DNA from: Takakia lepidozioides
Taxonomy: Eukaryota; Plantae; Bryophyta
DNA: 64,000 bases
Assembly (NCBI GenBank): GCA_030704615.1
Contig: CM060731.1
Coordinates: 32,116,001-32,180,000, forward strand
Reading direction: 5' to 3'
In this document: one piece after another, positions 1-11,307 of the stretch
Position numbering within the stretch: position 1 is the first letter of the stretch
Layout of the letters: each line of letters opens with the position of its first letter
The notes under the pieces: generated by a model
The model's database searches: none
Seen by the model: only the letters and a program-made list of their open reading frames with translations
What the model was told of the DNA's origin: nothing
Made by a program: the position numbers and the translations under genes

Positions 1-349
1 GGGGCATTTCAGACGGCGGACAGAAGTCTCCGGAGTTGTAGTAAAAATTCGGGCTATTTAATTAATTACATAAATACATAAAATTTGAAAAAGCAGAAAT
101 TACAAGTGGTTCTAATTACTGCACATGGGACTAGAAATTTTCATTCCTAATTCGATTAATGGAATAAAAATATTTATTCATTAAATTGAATATGTAGTCG
201 ACTCAACGACTCCATGAACCACTGCGCATTGATTGCACCCATGTTTCGGGGGCACATTTGCTGACGTGTGTTTCACAAGAACAGGCAAGCAAAATCTGGC
301 CTTGGGGGAATAGATATTTTAATATGTACTGCCTCCACCTGGAAGTGAC

Positions 350-1960
350 ATAGAAGGTCCATGGTGACATCGTGAAAGCTGGAGTTGTAGGGTTTGTCAT
401 TCTGAACACCGCCCTGGTGGACATGTATGCCGAATGCGGGAGCATTGAAGATGCAAAAGTAGTGTTTGACTGTGGCGAGATGTGGTGTGGTGGAGTGCGA
501 TGATCGCATTGGCAGCAAGGCAAGGATGGTTATCATTACCACCATAAACATAAAACTGAAAGACTGTGTTTCTCATGAGGCCCTGGTTGGGAACCTGTTG
601 CCTGGTAAAAGGGGGCAGCACGGGGGCATGATGCGTGCAGAGGCAGTGATAGCTGAAGGAGCAGGATAGAGTGTGGGTCCATATTCATCCAAGAGGTAAG
701 CTCCAGATTACCTATGCAGGTTCCCTGTGAAGGATAGCTACAAGAAACCTCCATGGGTAGATGGTCAGCTGGAAGCGGCAGCTGTAGCGGCACAGTTGAT
801 AAAATCAGGCATCTCAACCATGACCACAGCTTCTGGAAGAGGATCAAGAGAGGGAGTCCACAATGCCTCTTCTGGCACTTATGGGCATGTGAAGATGCTT
901 TATGAGGCAGGCAGACTGAAAGAGGCTCTACAGACTTTAAACCAAGGAGGCATACTAGCAGATGTAGATACGTATGTGTGTCTCTTGCATAAGTGCATCA
1001 AGATGAAAGGCCTGGAAGCTGGAAAGCAGGTGCACAATCACATTGTCCAAAGTGGATTCACGCCGAATGTTTTTCTACTCAACAACCTTGTCAACATGTA
1101 TGTTAAGGGGAGCATCATGGATGATTTCACGTTTGTATGTGTTTGCAATGCGTGTGCAAGCTTAGAAAAGGGGAATTTAAGAGGTCCATGGTGACATCGG
1201 TCAAAGCTGGAATTGCACCAGATACACTGCCCTGACCTGGACATGTATGCCAAATATGGATGCATTGAGGATGCAAAGGGAGTTTTCGACACTATGGCTG
1301 AACGAGATGTGGTGTCGTGGAGTGTGATGCTTGCAGGGTATGCACAACAGGGACGTGGGATGGAGGCTTTGGAGACCTATGATCAAATGATGGGGGAAGG
1401 GGTGAAGCCCGGCCACATCATGTTTGTGTGCATTTGTAATGCTTGTGCAAGCCTGGCATGCCCTGGACAAGGGCAAAGAGGTGCATGTCATCAAAGCTGG
1501 AATTGTACCAAATGTCATTCTGAACACTGCCTTGGCAGCTCTGGAAAGGGGGAAAGATGTCCATGGTGACATCTTCAGAACTGGAATTGTACCAAATGTC
1601 ATCTGAACCATACCCTGGTGGACATGTATGCAAAATGTGGGTGCATCAAGCCCTGGACAAGGGCAAAGAGGTGCATGGGGTATCATCAAAGCTGGAGTTG
1701 TACCAAATATTATTATGAACACTGCCCTGGTAGATCTGGAAAATGGGAAAGAGGTCCATGGCAACATCTTCAAAGCTGGAATTGTACCAAGGTGAATGCC
1801 TGTCAGATTACCAGATGCAAAGAGGTGCATGGTTGCATCGCCAAAGGTAACAGCTGCAGTGGCACAGTTGATAAAATCAGGCACCTCAACCATGACCACA
1901 GCTTCTGCTGGAAGAGGATCAAGAGAGGGAGTCCACAATGCCTCTTCTGGCAGAAACCTC
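350..1960 (+). pseudogene. Scrambled PLS-class pentatricopeptide-repeat (PPR) gene fragments
   Basis: Typical PLS PPR motifs in broken frames: LCEAGRLKEAL-like start (MLYEAGRLKEALQ), YVCLLHKC..LEAGKQVHNHIVQSGFTPNVFLLNNLVNMY, DMYAKYGCIEDAKGVFDTMAERDVVSWSVMLAGYAQQGRGMEAL, and repeated short ALDKGKEVH..IKAGIVPNVI units; many frameshifts. Confidence 0.85.
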
Positions 1961-3055
1961 TGGTGTTTTTGAATGCCTAGGGCAATTGTCTTCTTCTTTG
2001 AAACACATCACGGGAGGTTTTAGATGGAGGGTCCCTCTGTCCCGGGGATGGGAGCGAGCTCTGCTGTTCTCCGAGCTCGCCGGAGAGGCTATGCCCTGTC
2101 TTCTTTCTGCGGGGAGGGGGCGGGAAACTTCACATCCTTCAGCAGATTAACACGCTTGTCTGTGGAGCTGAAATGGGTACCCGGCTTGGCCATGTGGGGC
2201 CCCAGATCATTTTGACTGATGGCTATGATGTTGGCCTCGAGGGATACCGAAGCAAGGTAATGTCCATCTCTATTTGTGATCTTCCGGTTTGTTTGAATTG
2301 GAGCATTTCAGGCTTGAGATTGTCCTTGACCCATCCCAGCATAAATCGTGGTCCAAGAAGTTCCCTGTATGTTCATGCAAAATTTTAATCGACACCCTTC
2401 TCCTCCTTCCATCAGCTTGCTTGTCTGCTTAAATTTCTGACACACCTGGTGTGTCTATTTTCTTTCAGTTTATTGCGTTGTCTGAGTGACGTTTTAACAG
2501 AGATCTTGCATGTGCAAACATTTAGAATATACTCCTCAATGTGGAAGGGTGCTTATCAAGCACGCAGTCCCGTCTGGAAGAGTGAAGAGCAATAATTGTC
2601 AGTCACACTGAGGGGATCATAAGGGCAGAGAGAGCCGTACTCTTGTCCAAACGTTGTGTTTTGGGTGTGAGGTACTTAATGACAGTCCAAGAGCCATTTG
2701 GTGGGTTTCTAGTTTCTACCAACCACGGTATTGATATAATGGTAGAAGATACTATGCTGATCTAAACCCCAATCCGAAACAGATGTAACATGTAGGAATT
2801 GGGATTACACTTCCAGTCACACATCGCAGGAGAAATGACAGGGGACGAAGGTAGCCAGAAGCTGCTAAGATCTATGTTCAAATCGTAGGACTCAAGCAGG
2901 CTAAACAATAAAGATCTGTGGTGGCAGGAGTATTCTTCAGATCATTTATACAGTGGTGGGACAACAGCTTTGATAAGGTACTTTCTCTCTTTGTCATGAA
3001 AAACAGTGAAAGTGCAGTTGTTACTTTTGGGTTGGTGTTCCTTCTTAGCGGGTAT

Positions 3056-3907
3056 CACTACAACAGATCGTGGTATTTATGACTGTATATATGACTATTT
3101 TGTAGTCATAAACGGTACATATGACTTCTATGACTGTAAGTCGTGCAAACCAAGTCAATACAATGAGTACAGGATGGTACGGTCCGGATGACTACAGTCA
3201 TATGAACCAAGTGATATCTCTCACTGCAGTCATATATACCATACTGCAGCCGCCGCTGCCGCGCCACGTGGCGAGGCGCAATTGATTTAAAAAATTAAAT
3301 TAAAATTAATTAAAATTAAAAAAAAATAAAAACATATGTCAAACGCCGCGTCGCGCCGCATTGTGCCACGTGGCATAATGTATTTTATAATAATGAAAAA
3401 ACCACGTGGCAGTCCATCTAGAATACCACGTGCTATCCCTAGCTCGCCTACTAACCCTAAGGCCATCTTATCCATTTGATTGTACTTAGAGGAGTTTGAA
3501 CCTGCAACCTCTTTACTATAAGAGTTATAATTCACTACTTGTTAACCAATACACCCATTAGTCATTCATATGATCATATGGTGTTTTAATTGTATTATAC
3601 ACACCAAATTACAAAATCCCCAGTAGTCATCAGGACTATGTAACCTCATCCATGTACACACTAGTCATGGAAATGACTATGAATGGTGAGCTAAATCTGG
3701 TCAATTGCCGTTGACCAGCCTTCCGCCCATTCCGGAGCCATGTAGTCATACAGACGACTATTTAGATAGTCGTTCATATGACTATAGTCGTATGAACGAC
3801 TGCGAGAGGTCAATTTCATATAAAAACATGGTGCAGTCATGGTCAAAGTCATGAAAACCATGACTACCACGGTTTGACAGTCACAACTACCGCGATCTGT
3901 TGTAGTG
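3056..3907. mobile_element. Non-autonomous CACTA (En/Spm) element
   Basis: TIRs CACTACAACAGATCG...CGATCTGTTGTAGTG; 3-bp TSD TAT (3053-3055, 3908-3910); subterminal ATGACT/AGTCAT repeats. Confidence 0.9.
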
Positions 3908-3944
3908 TATGAAAGTATGTAGCTCAAGTGTTACTTGAGACATA

Positions 3945-5750
3945 AGCACAGTTATGTGCGGGAGCATCATGGATGCTCACCGAGTGTTCAACAGAATGCC
4001 TCAACGATATTTCATCACGTGGAACACGATGCTTGCAGGGTGTGCACAGCAGGAGCGTGGTATGGAGGATTTGGAGAATGTGGTGAGGGTACCTTCTTCT
4101 TTTACCTATTTCAGCCTGTTTTTCCCTCTCATCATACTTTGCCCTTGTCAAGGACAATGTGGTGAGGGCACCTTCTTCTTCGACCTATTTTCAGCTTGTT
4201 TTACCCTCTCATCAGACTCTGAGATGCATATTGAATTCTGTAAGTTAGCTCGTTGGGTGGATCTGTGGTGGTTTGGAATGACTATGACAAGTAACTACCG
4301 ATGTGGCAGCAGGAAAGTATCCAAAACAGATAACAGACATGAGGAGAAGGTGTGGAATGAATACTTTGTTGACCCCAGTGAATGGTGGGACAACCGAGGC
4401 AAAAAGTTGAATGCCTATTAGATGACAGAGAGTAGCAGACGCAATTCAGCATAGGAACTAGTATGATTGGGTGTTTCCTAGGTTGTCATTGTCAGCTGCT
4501 AGTAACAAAGGCAAAGATGAATGCATGATTTGTGCAGAGGCATGGATAGATGAAGGAGAAGGGATAGAGTGTGGGTCCAGATTCATCCAAGAGGGCCAGA
4601 CTTCAAGCTCCAGATTACCTGTGATTCCATGTGGATCAATAGATACAAGAAACCTAAAAGGCAGCAGCTGCGGCACAGTTGATAAAATCAGGCACCTCAA
4701 CCATGACCGCAGCTTCTGAAAGAAGATCAAGAGAGGGAGTCCACAATGCCTCTTCTGCGGGGTGTGAAGATGCTTTGTGAGGCATGCAGCCTGACAAAGG
4801 CTCTAGGTCTGGAAGCTGAAATCAGGTGCACACTCACATTATCCAAAGTGGATTCATGCCAAATGTTTTTCTACTCAACACCCTGTCAACATGTATGTTA
4901 AGTGCGGGAGCATCATGGATGTTTGCCAAGATTTAGACTACAAAATGCCTCAGCGATCTTTGATCACGTGGAATATAATGTTGGTAGGATTTACCAAGCA
5001 TGGGTGTGGTAGGAATGCTTTGGCGATCTATGAGCAAATGTTGCGCAAAGGGGTGAAGCCCAACCACATCACGATTGCACATGTTTGCAATGCGTGTGCA
5101 AGCCTGGGACCTCTGGAAAAAGGGAAAGAGGTCCATGGTGACATCGTCAAAGCTGGAATTGTACCAGATGTCATGTTGAACACTGCCCTGGTGGACGTCT
5201 ATGCCAAATGTGGGTGCATTAAGGATGCGAAGGGAGTTTTCAACCTTATGGCTGAACCAAATGTGGTGTCATGGAACGCGATGCTTGTAGGATATGCACA
5301 GCAGGGACATGGTATGGAGGCTTTGGAGACCTATGATCAAATGATGGGGAATGGGGGAACCTTCTTCAATAGCACAGCTGCTACAAGTGGGTAGATGGTC
5401 AACTGGAAACAGCAACGGCAGCAGCACAATTGATAGAACAAGGCCCACTACTAATGAAGGTACCTTCTTCTTGACATATTTCACCCTGTTTTCCCCTGCT
5501 ATCAGAGTCGTTCCTAAATTTTCATGTTGAATTCTGCAAGTTAGCTCGTTGGTGGATCTATGGTGGTGTTGGAGTGATTTTGACATGTTACTGCCAATGT
5601 GGTCAACAGGAAAGTATCGAAAAACAGATAATAGAGATGTGGAGAAGCTCTGGAATGAATACGTTTCCGACCCAGTCAATGGTGGAACAATCCAGGCAAA
5701 ATACAAAGGTATTAAAAAACATGTCTTGATCGCACATGTTTTGAGATTTA
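3945..5750 (+). pseudogene. PLS PPR fragments interleaved with OSB-type PDF-motif-like (WWDNR) modules
   Basis: ORF 4891-5394 reads as about three PLS motifs (MYVKCGSIMD...VDVYAKCGCIKDAKGVFNLMAEPNVVSWNAMLVGYAQQGHGMEAL). EEKVWNEYFVDPSEWWDNRGKK (~4340-4405) and VEKLWNEYVSDP (~5640-5675) resemble the PDF motif of organellar ssDNA-binding (OSB) proteins. Confidence 0.75.
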
Positions 5751-5752
5751 TA

Positions 5753-5771
5753 TGAATAGTGAATCCCCCGA
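5753..5771. mobile_element. TIR-like transposon end (Mutator-like candidate) abutting an 11-bp target duplication
   Basis: ATGAATAGTGAATCCCCC immediately precedes GACTTCGCCCT; a near-identical end (ATGAAGAGTGATCCCCCCC) precedes the inverted copy of the same 11-mer at 20870. Confidence 0.55.
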
Positions 5772-8669
5772 GACTTCGCCCTCAAAACCAAACAAGCAAT
5801 CGCTCTCTTGCTCCTTGACTTCGAGAAAGCCTTCAATAGGGTTGGTCATTCCTCCTGGGAGCTCTTGCTAGGATAGGTATCCCACAGTCTTTCAGGAAAT
5901 GGGTTATTATCCTCCTTCAAAACTCCTCGAGCAGAGTCATTGTCAATGGGCAACTTTCGACATCATTCACAGGTCTGTTAGGCAAGGCTGCCCACTAGCT
6001 CCCTTCCTCTTCCTTTTTGTGGTTGACTCTCTAGGCTACATGCTTAAATCCAACCGCCTCAATTGAGGTCTCCTCATAACTAATTTCCACACCTCTCAGC
6101 AAGCAGAACTCAAAGACTCAATGTTCGTCGATAACACCTTCCTCATCCTCCAGGCCACCCCTCAAAACCTCCAAGAAGCTACATCTACATTGAACATTTT
6201 CTGCCAGGCTTCAGGTTTCAAAATCAACTGGGCAAAAACATGTGCTATCCTAACTGGAGACATCCATCAATCCGATTTAGGAACTGATCCTTCATGGGGC
6301 TCTAGCTCGGGTCTATCGTGGCTACGACTTGGACAAACAACAACACTCCTCGGTTATACCTTCGGTGTTGGCCTCTTGGATGACCAAAAGTTTGCACCCA
6401 CCCTGGCCAAATTTAGACGCAAACTCTAAACACCTCTCCATCACTGGGAGAGCCTTGGCGGCCATTTAGGTCCTCTCGGCAAGTATCTGGTACTTTGCTG
6501 CTTCGTGGAGACCGAACACCAATCAGATTAAAAAAATCTTTGGTCTTCTCCGCAATTTTATATGGGGATCTGATTCCCAGACTAAGAAGAGACCACAAGT
6601 TTCGTGGAAGCAGATCTGTCTGCCCAAAAAACAGGGGGGGGCTTGGAATTATTGATCCAGAAACCCAGATAACAGCTCTCCTCGGTAAATGGATTCATCG
6701 CTTCTTTGGCCCAGAAGGGGGTTGGTGGAAATATCTAGTGGTTTAGAACATCCAAGATGCCTCTCTCCTCAAAACAGCCCACTGGACCCCATCTCTGCGT
6801 TGGGTAGCTCAAGGGTTCAAACATAAAGCCTTTGGTTCATCCCTATGGACCACCATCTGGCACGCATGGGGAAGGCTCCGGCCCTTTCTACGGAAAATGG
6901 AACCTCAAACTTATGAAGAGACCCTCCGACAACACCTAGTCTTCAATACCAACAAGCCAACCCAACCACAAAAGGCCCAAGCTAAAAGATGGTCTTACTA
7001 GGACAAATCTGGCATTAACCAAGTTAGATACATATGGAACAACCAAGATTTTATGGACTCCACATCTATTGCTAGCATTGCAGGATCAGCCAGGACTTCC
7101 TCTGGCTTTCAGACCATCAAAGATTCAATTTTCTCTTGGCTACCAACTTTGCAAGCAGGTCCTTCTGCCCCCACCATGAACTACTAGTCCCTGGCTATTA
7201 CCATCCTCTTCGTCATGGACAAGCTAAACAACAGTCTATGGGCTTTTCCGTTCAGTATCCATCCTATGACCATGTCTCCATCCCTACAAAGTACAGTCCC
7301 TCTCTCCCTTCCTAATCTCCCCCATACTCCCATCAAAATCTGATGTTGGTCCTCTCCCACAAGAGACATGAACCCAACTCCAGACCCTATGATCCCCATC
7401 ACAACCTGGCTAGCAGCAAATTCATTCTTTTGGATTTCAGGAAGGCCCCTCGCAGAGCTTCCCTTCGATCCAGGAGAGTGGTCCTGGGCTTTCTCTAGAT
7501 CTCCGACTCCCTTCTTCGCATACACCACCAGAACAGCATACAAGGCTCTGACATCTCCCAGCCCCCTCTTTGCCAAATGGAACTCGAAATGGCAATCTTA
7601 CGGGTTTGTGGAGGAGAACTGGAAATCAATCTGGACATGTATCTGGGAAAAAACAAGGCCAGCCAAGATGTCCGCCTTACTATGGCAAATAGCCAACAGA
7701 GTCCTTAAGGTGGGAGAATGGTTACAATTCCAGGAGGCCTTGCTTTGCTCTTGTTGCTATGGGCAGTTGGAAACCCTGGAACATTGCCTTATCTGTTGCT
7801 TTACCCCCAGGAAAGTCTGGCCTATCGTTAAAGATTTTTATAGACATTGGGATACCCAAGACTTCTCAATTATACATCTGCTACTCAACTATGACTCAAA
7901 TTCAAAAACCAATGCTTCAAACTGCCCAGTCTACGATTGCCTTCGCAGCTCTACACTATGGAACATATGGAAAGTTAGATGTGCCTGGACTCTCTCGGGT
8001 ACCACCTGCACTTTATCTACCTTGCTTTCTAGAGTATTCTGGGACTTGCAGATTGAAGGGAGGAAAGCTTGGGCAAACCTCTGTGCAGATGTCGCAAGAA
8101 GACCCCAACAAGCGGCAGTAATCTACGGTCAGTTCGCCAGCACTTGGGCAAGAAACACTCTTCTCTGCACTAGCTCGTCACCATCCCACTGTGCCTGGGC
8201 AGCTCAACCGCCAGATCGATGGCGAGAACTCAACACACCTCTCCATGGCAGCGTCCCCCGAGTTTGACTAGGATATCAATTGGCGCCACATCAAATCATC
8301 TGCTAGACTGAAATTTCGCTGAGATCCATTCGTGCACAGATCGTGCACACAAATAAGCTTAGGACAGGCTCCAAGCGGCCGCTAAGCCATTCACGTTTTA
8401 GATTCCTTGTAGATCTCACGAGTCCAGAAGCGACTGCCTACATTCAAAGCAACCCCCTACGAGTGTGACTTCTACATAGGGCTTGTAACCCTAGGTCATC
8501 TTCTCCCTTCGGGAGGTTAGTTCGTCCATCACTGACTACGGTGTGTGTACCTCATGGTGTAATCTGGGGTTTTAATTTTTTTCCCCACAATAAACTCAAT
8601 AAAATTAATTCAGAGCCTTCCCCTGTTCAAAAAAAAACAAAAACAAAAACAAAACAAACAAACAAACTT
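5772..8669 (+). mobile_element. L1-clade LINE, 3' half (RT C-terminal part, zf-RVT region, 3' UTR, A-rich tail), degraded
   Basis: LLLDFEKAFNRV, VRQGCPLAP, MFVDN (degenerate FADD), SGFKINWAK, GGLGIID, LLWQIANRVL..CSCC..ETLEHC...LWNIWKVRC; AATAAA at ~8588 and ~8598; (AAAC)n tail 8628-8663. Confidence 0.9.
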
Positions 8670-9842
8670 GACACGGATTCAGACTTGTACGAAAATTTGA
8701 AACGAGGAAAATAACACGATAAGAACGATCAACGAGGCGTTTATAACAAGAAATGATTCTTCCAAAAAAGAACTGAATTCGATTATAAAAACCCTTGTAG
8801 AGCAATACTGTGAGTTTTTTCCCTACAAGCTCTCCATTGTTTTTCTTTTTTCTTTTTTCTTTTTTCTTCTTAAGAACAGAGGCTGTGGCCCTGGAATTTA
8901 TTAAAAGAAAATAATGAGATAAAATTGTAGTTGAAAAACACTTTTGAAATCGCTATAAAAAAAAAGACTTGAAATATTCGAGCTAAAACCACAGGAAGAG
9001 GCTTATATTAATTTAGTTAACCAGCTCATATGGCATTACTTTTGCGTTAAAATAATAAATGCTTCTCTTAAAAAAGAAAAAAATGTTTATTACATCCTCC
9101 TATAAATTTACGAGGAAGCTACCACAATGAAGCCTTGTTAGAGCTAAAATACGAGCATCTTCCCAAATTGAAGATCATCATAGAAAACATTTGGGAATTT
9201 CTTGAGGCAGATTTCAAAAAGTCTAAAGAGCTTGATTTGTATAACAGTTACTCCGTGTTTACTAAACTAGCTGTGTATTATTTTCTTTATTGTGCCGAGA
9301 AGGACGATGAGAAAATTATTAAGGGATTCGCGCACCAAATAGGAATAACGGAAAGCGACTATACACGGAAAAAATTTAAGACTACAAAACACTATAAAAA
9401 AACTTCAGGAAGTCTGTAAACGCATAACCCAGATCTTGTTGAAATCCAAGTTACTACAAAACTTTAGAACGTTAAGCGCGGAACTGCTGAGTCAAGGCAT
9501 CCGTCATGAACATACTGATTATATATGGGCTACTTGTAGCAAGTTTTACATGTATCCAACAAGGGTACTCGAGGATATTGAATTTTGCAACGACAAGAAT
9601 ATCTCATTGTTATCGCACTTAAAACAAGCTTTTCCCGAAGTTGAATTGTTGGGCTATTTCGTTTATGGGTACACAAATCTACCGGTTTTTGTAATTCCAG
9701 AATCCCAGGAGAAGTTATTTATTGAAAAAATAATAATAAATTATTCCAGTGACGACAAAGTCGGAACTGGTCTTAGCAGAGGGGAGAATAAGCTCTCTTT
9801 TGTCGTTTGTTTCGTTACAACGCCAATTTCCGAGCTATATAT
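8670..9842 (+). pseudogene. AT-rich degraded coding sequence of unknown family (LINE insertion target; continues from 24495-24234 on the minus strand)
   Basis: Lys/Ile/Glu-rich ORF pieces (9135-9419, 9436-~9840) and a GTGAG...AACAG intron-like segment (~8810-8878). The reading frame joins across the LINE TSD with the 24.2-24.5 kb segment. Confidence 0.4.
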
Positions 9843-10340
9843 AGTTCACTACGATGCCGGTGCTAGGGGCGCTTGGTATTTGGAGGAAGGTCACACAAGT
9901 GAATTTCACGGGGAGTTATTGGATTCCAACATCAACCATTTGTTGACGTCTTCAACACCGAGGGAGCTGCTTGCGTTGCAATCTTTTCTAGAAATGGCCG
10001 GTAAGAGTTTGGCTTATTCAAGGATGGTGGTTATAGGGGACTCGCAATGAGCTCACATAGTGTTGTCAAGAGGTGGATCTCGACATTATCACATCCAAGA
10101 ACTACATACTGCACGGATTCGACAGCTTTGTGAAGATTATTCTTTCATCCTAGATCATTCTCTGTGGGTGCCTAGAAACCAGAACAAACTTGCTGATAAC
10201 TTGTCTAAAGCATGGAAATCCAATTCCAAGATTCAGTGCAGAAGCTCCCCCTCTCATGTGGGTGTACATCTTTTGCCAACAAGCAAGATTTTGCCTGCTT
10301 GTTGAAAGTGGTCAATATTATATTATAGGATGTTATATGC
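9843..10340 (+). pseudogene. DIRS-type RNase H domain, third copy with a premature stop
   Basis: VHYDAGARGAW...SSTPRELLALQSFL...VVIGDSQ*AHIVLSRGGSR...WVPRNQNKLADNLSK. Highly similar to 29746-30177 including its 3' flank, but has TGA at 10048-10050 and a small deletion. Confidence 0.8.
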
Positions 10341-10623
10341 ACGGTGTCTCCGAACATCGTTGAGATATTTGTTTGGTATATCAAACTGAGATTGAACCTC
10401 ACCCTGACAGCTGCTCAATCAGCTCGTCTCAATGACGTGTTGGTGGAAAGCCTTCGAAGAGTGGCAATCAAAGTTTCTCAATGGCAAGATCGAGAATTTC
10501 TCCATTTTAAGTCGCCCTCCCAAATTTGATGGGAGGACAATTGACCTCGATGAGGTCGTATTATTGGTCTACACTCGCGAAGGCCTGACTTTGCTAGATC
10601 GATTGGATACGAAATCTTGAAGC

Positions 10624-11307
10624 TTGTATAAAGCTATTGACGGAGGAGGAAAGAAAGGGGAAGGGAAGGGGATATTGGCTTCAAAATCAGGTGTCCATGC
10701 TGATGACAAGGTTGTAAGGCTGGAGGCGAGAATTGTGGAGCTCGAGGCAGAAGTTGTGTGCCTCAAGGCGGAGGTTGTGGGGCTCAAGGCACATATTATG
10801 CGGCTGGAAGCTAGCCATGAGGCTCAAGCTACGAGATTAGAGATTGGAAGTTGCCCTCAATATCCCATAAAGTCCATCCCAACCAACCAGAAATCGAATG
10901 AGGTTTCGTACATCCAGTACTTTGAGCGTCATTGCTTCACACACATCCTTGCGTGTATCCAAGCGGACAATGATGGGCTTTTGCCACCCCATCGGGCACT
11001 AAAGGAGCTCCATGTGTACCTTCGGCCACTAAGAGACTTTCACCGGCTTCCAATCAGAAATACCTTGGAGTATGAGGGGTGGCATGGTAATTGTGCTATC
11101 ATAACACACTTGCAAGACATGGCTAGGCAGTTGTCAAAACTTTTGTCTATTGTGGGTTCTTGTGAATGTCGTTTGCTCGCATGCAGGAGGTTAATTTCAA
11201 GAAGAATCAATGGATGGTATAAACTTAATGTCTTTCATCACCATTATTCTTTTCTCAATGGCAAGGTTCATGAAGCACCACCAAATTCCAATTACCTCTT
11301 CCAATGA
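10624..11307 (+). CDS. Hypothetical ORF with heptad coiled coil (probably TE-derived or a remnant)
   Basis: 227-aa ORF; LEARIVELEAEVVCLKAEVVGLKAHIMRLEA heptad repeats; non-ATG start; no family recognised. Confidence 0.3.
   Translation: MYKAIDGGGKKGEGKGILASKSGVHADDKVVRLEARIVELEAEVVCLKAEVVGLKAHIMRLEASHEAQATRLEIGSCPQYPIKSIPTNQKSNEVSYIQYFERHCFTHILACIQADNDGLLPPHRALKELHVYLRPLRDFHRLPIRNTLEYEGWHGNCAIITHLQDMARQLSKLLSIVGSCECRLLACRRLISRRINGWYKLNVFHHHYSFLNGKVHEAPPNSNYLFQ

Noticed and set aside
1-204. Possible right end of a Mutator-like element (AT-rich, ends ...GTAGTCGACTC)
   Set aside because: The partner end and TSD would lie outside the window, so it cannot be supported.
1990-3050. Possible captured exon fragments between PPR pieces
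   Set aside because: No recognisable motif and stops in all frames.
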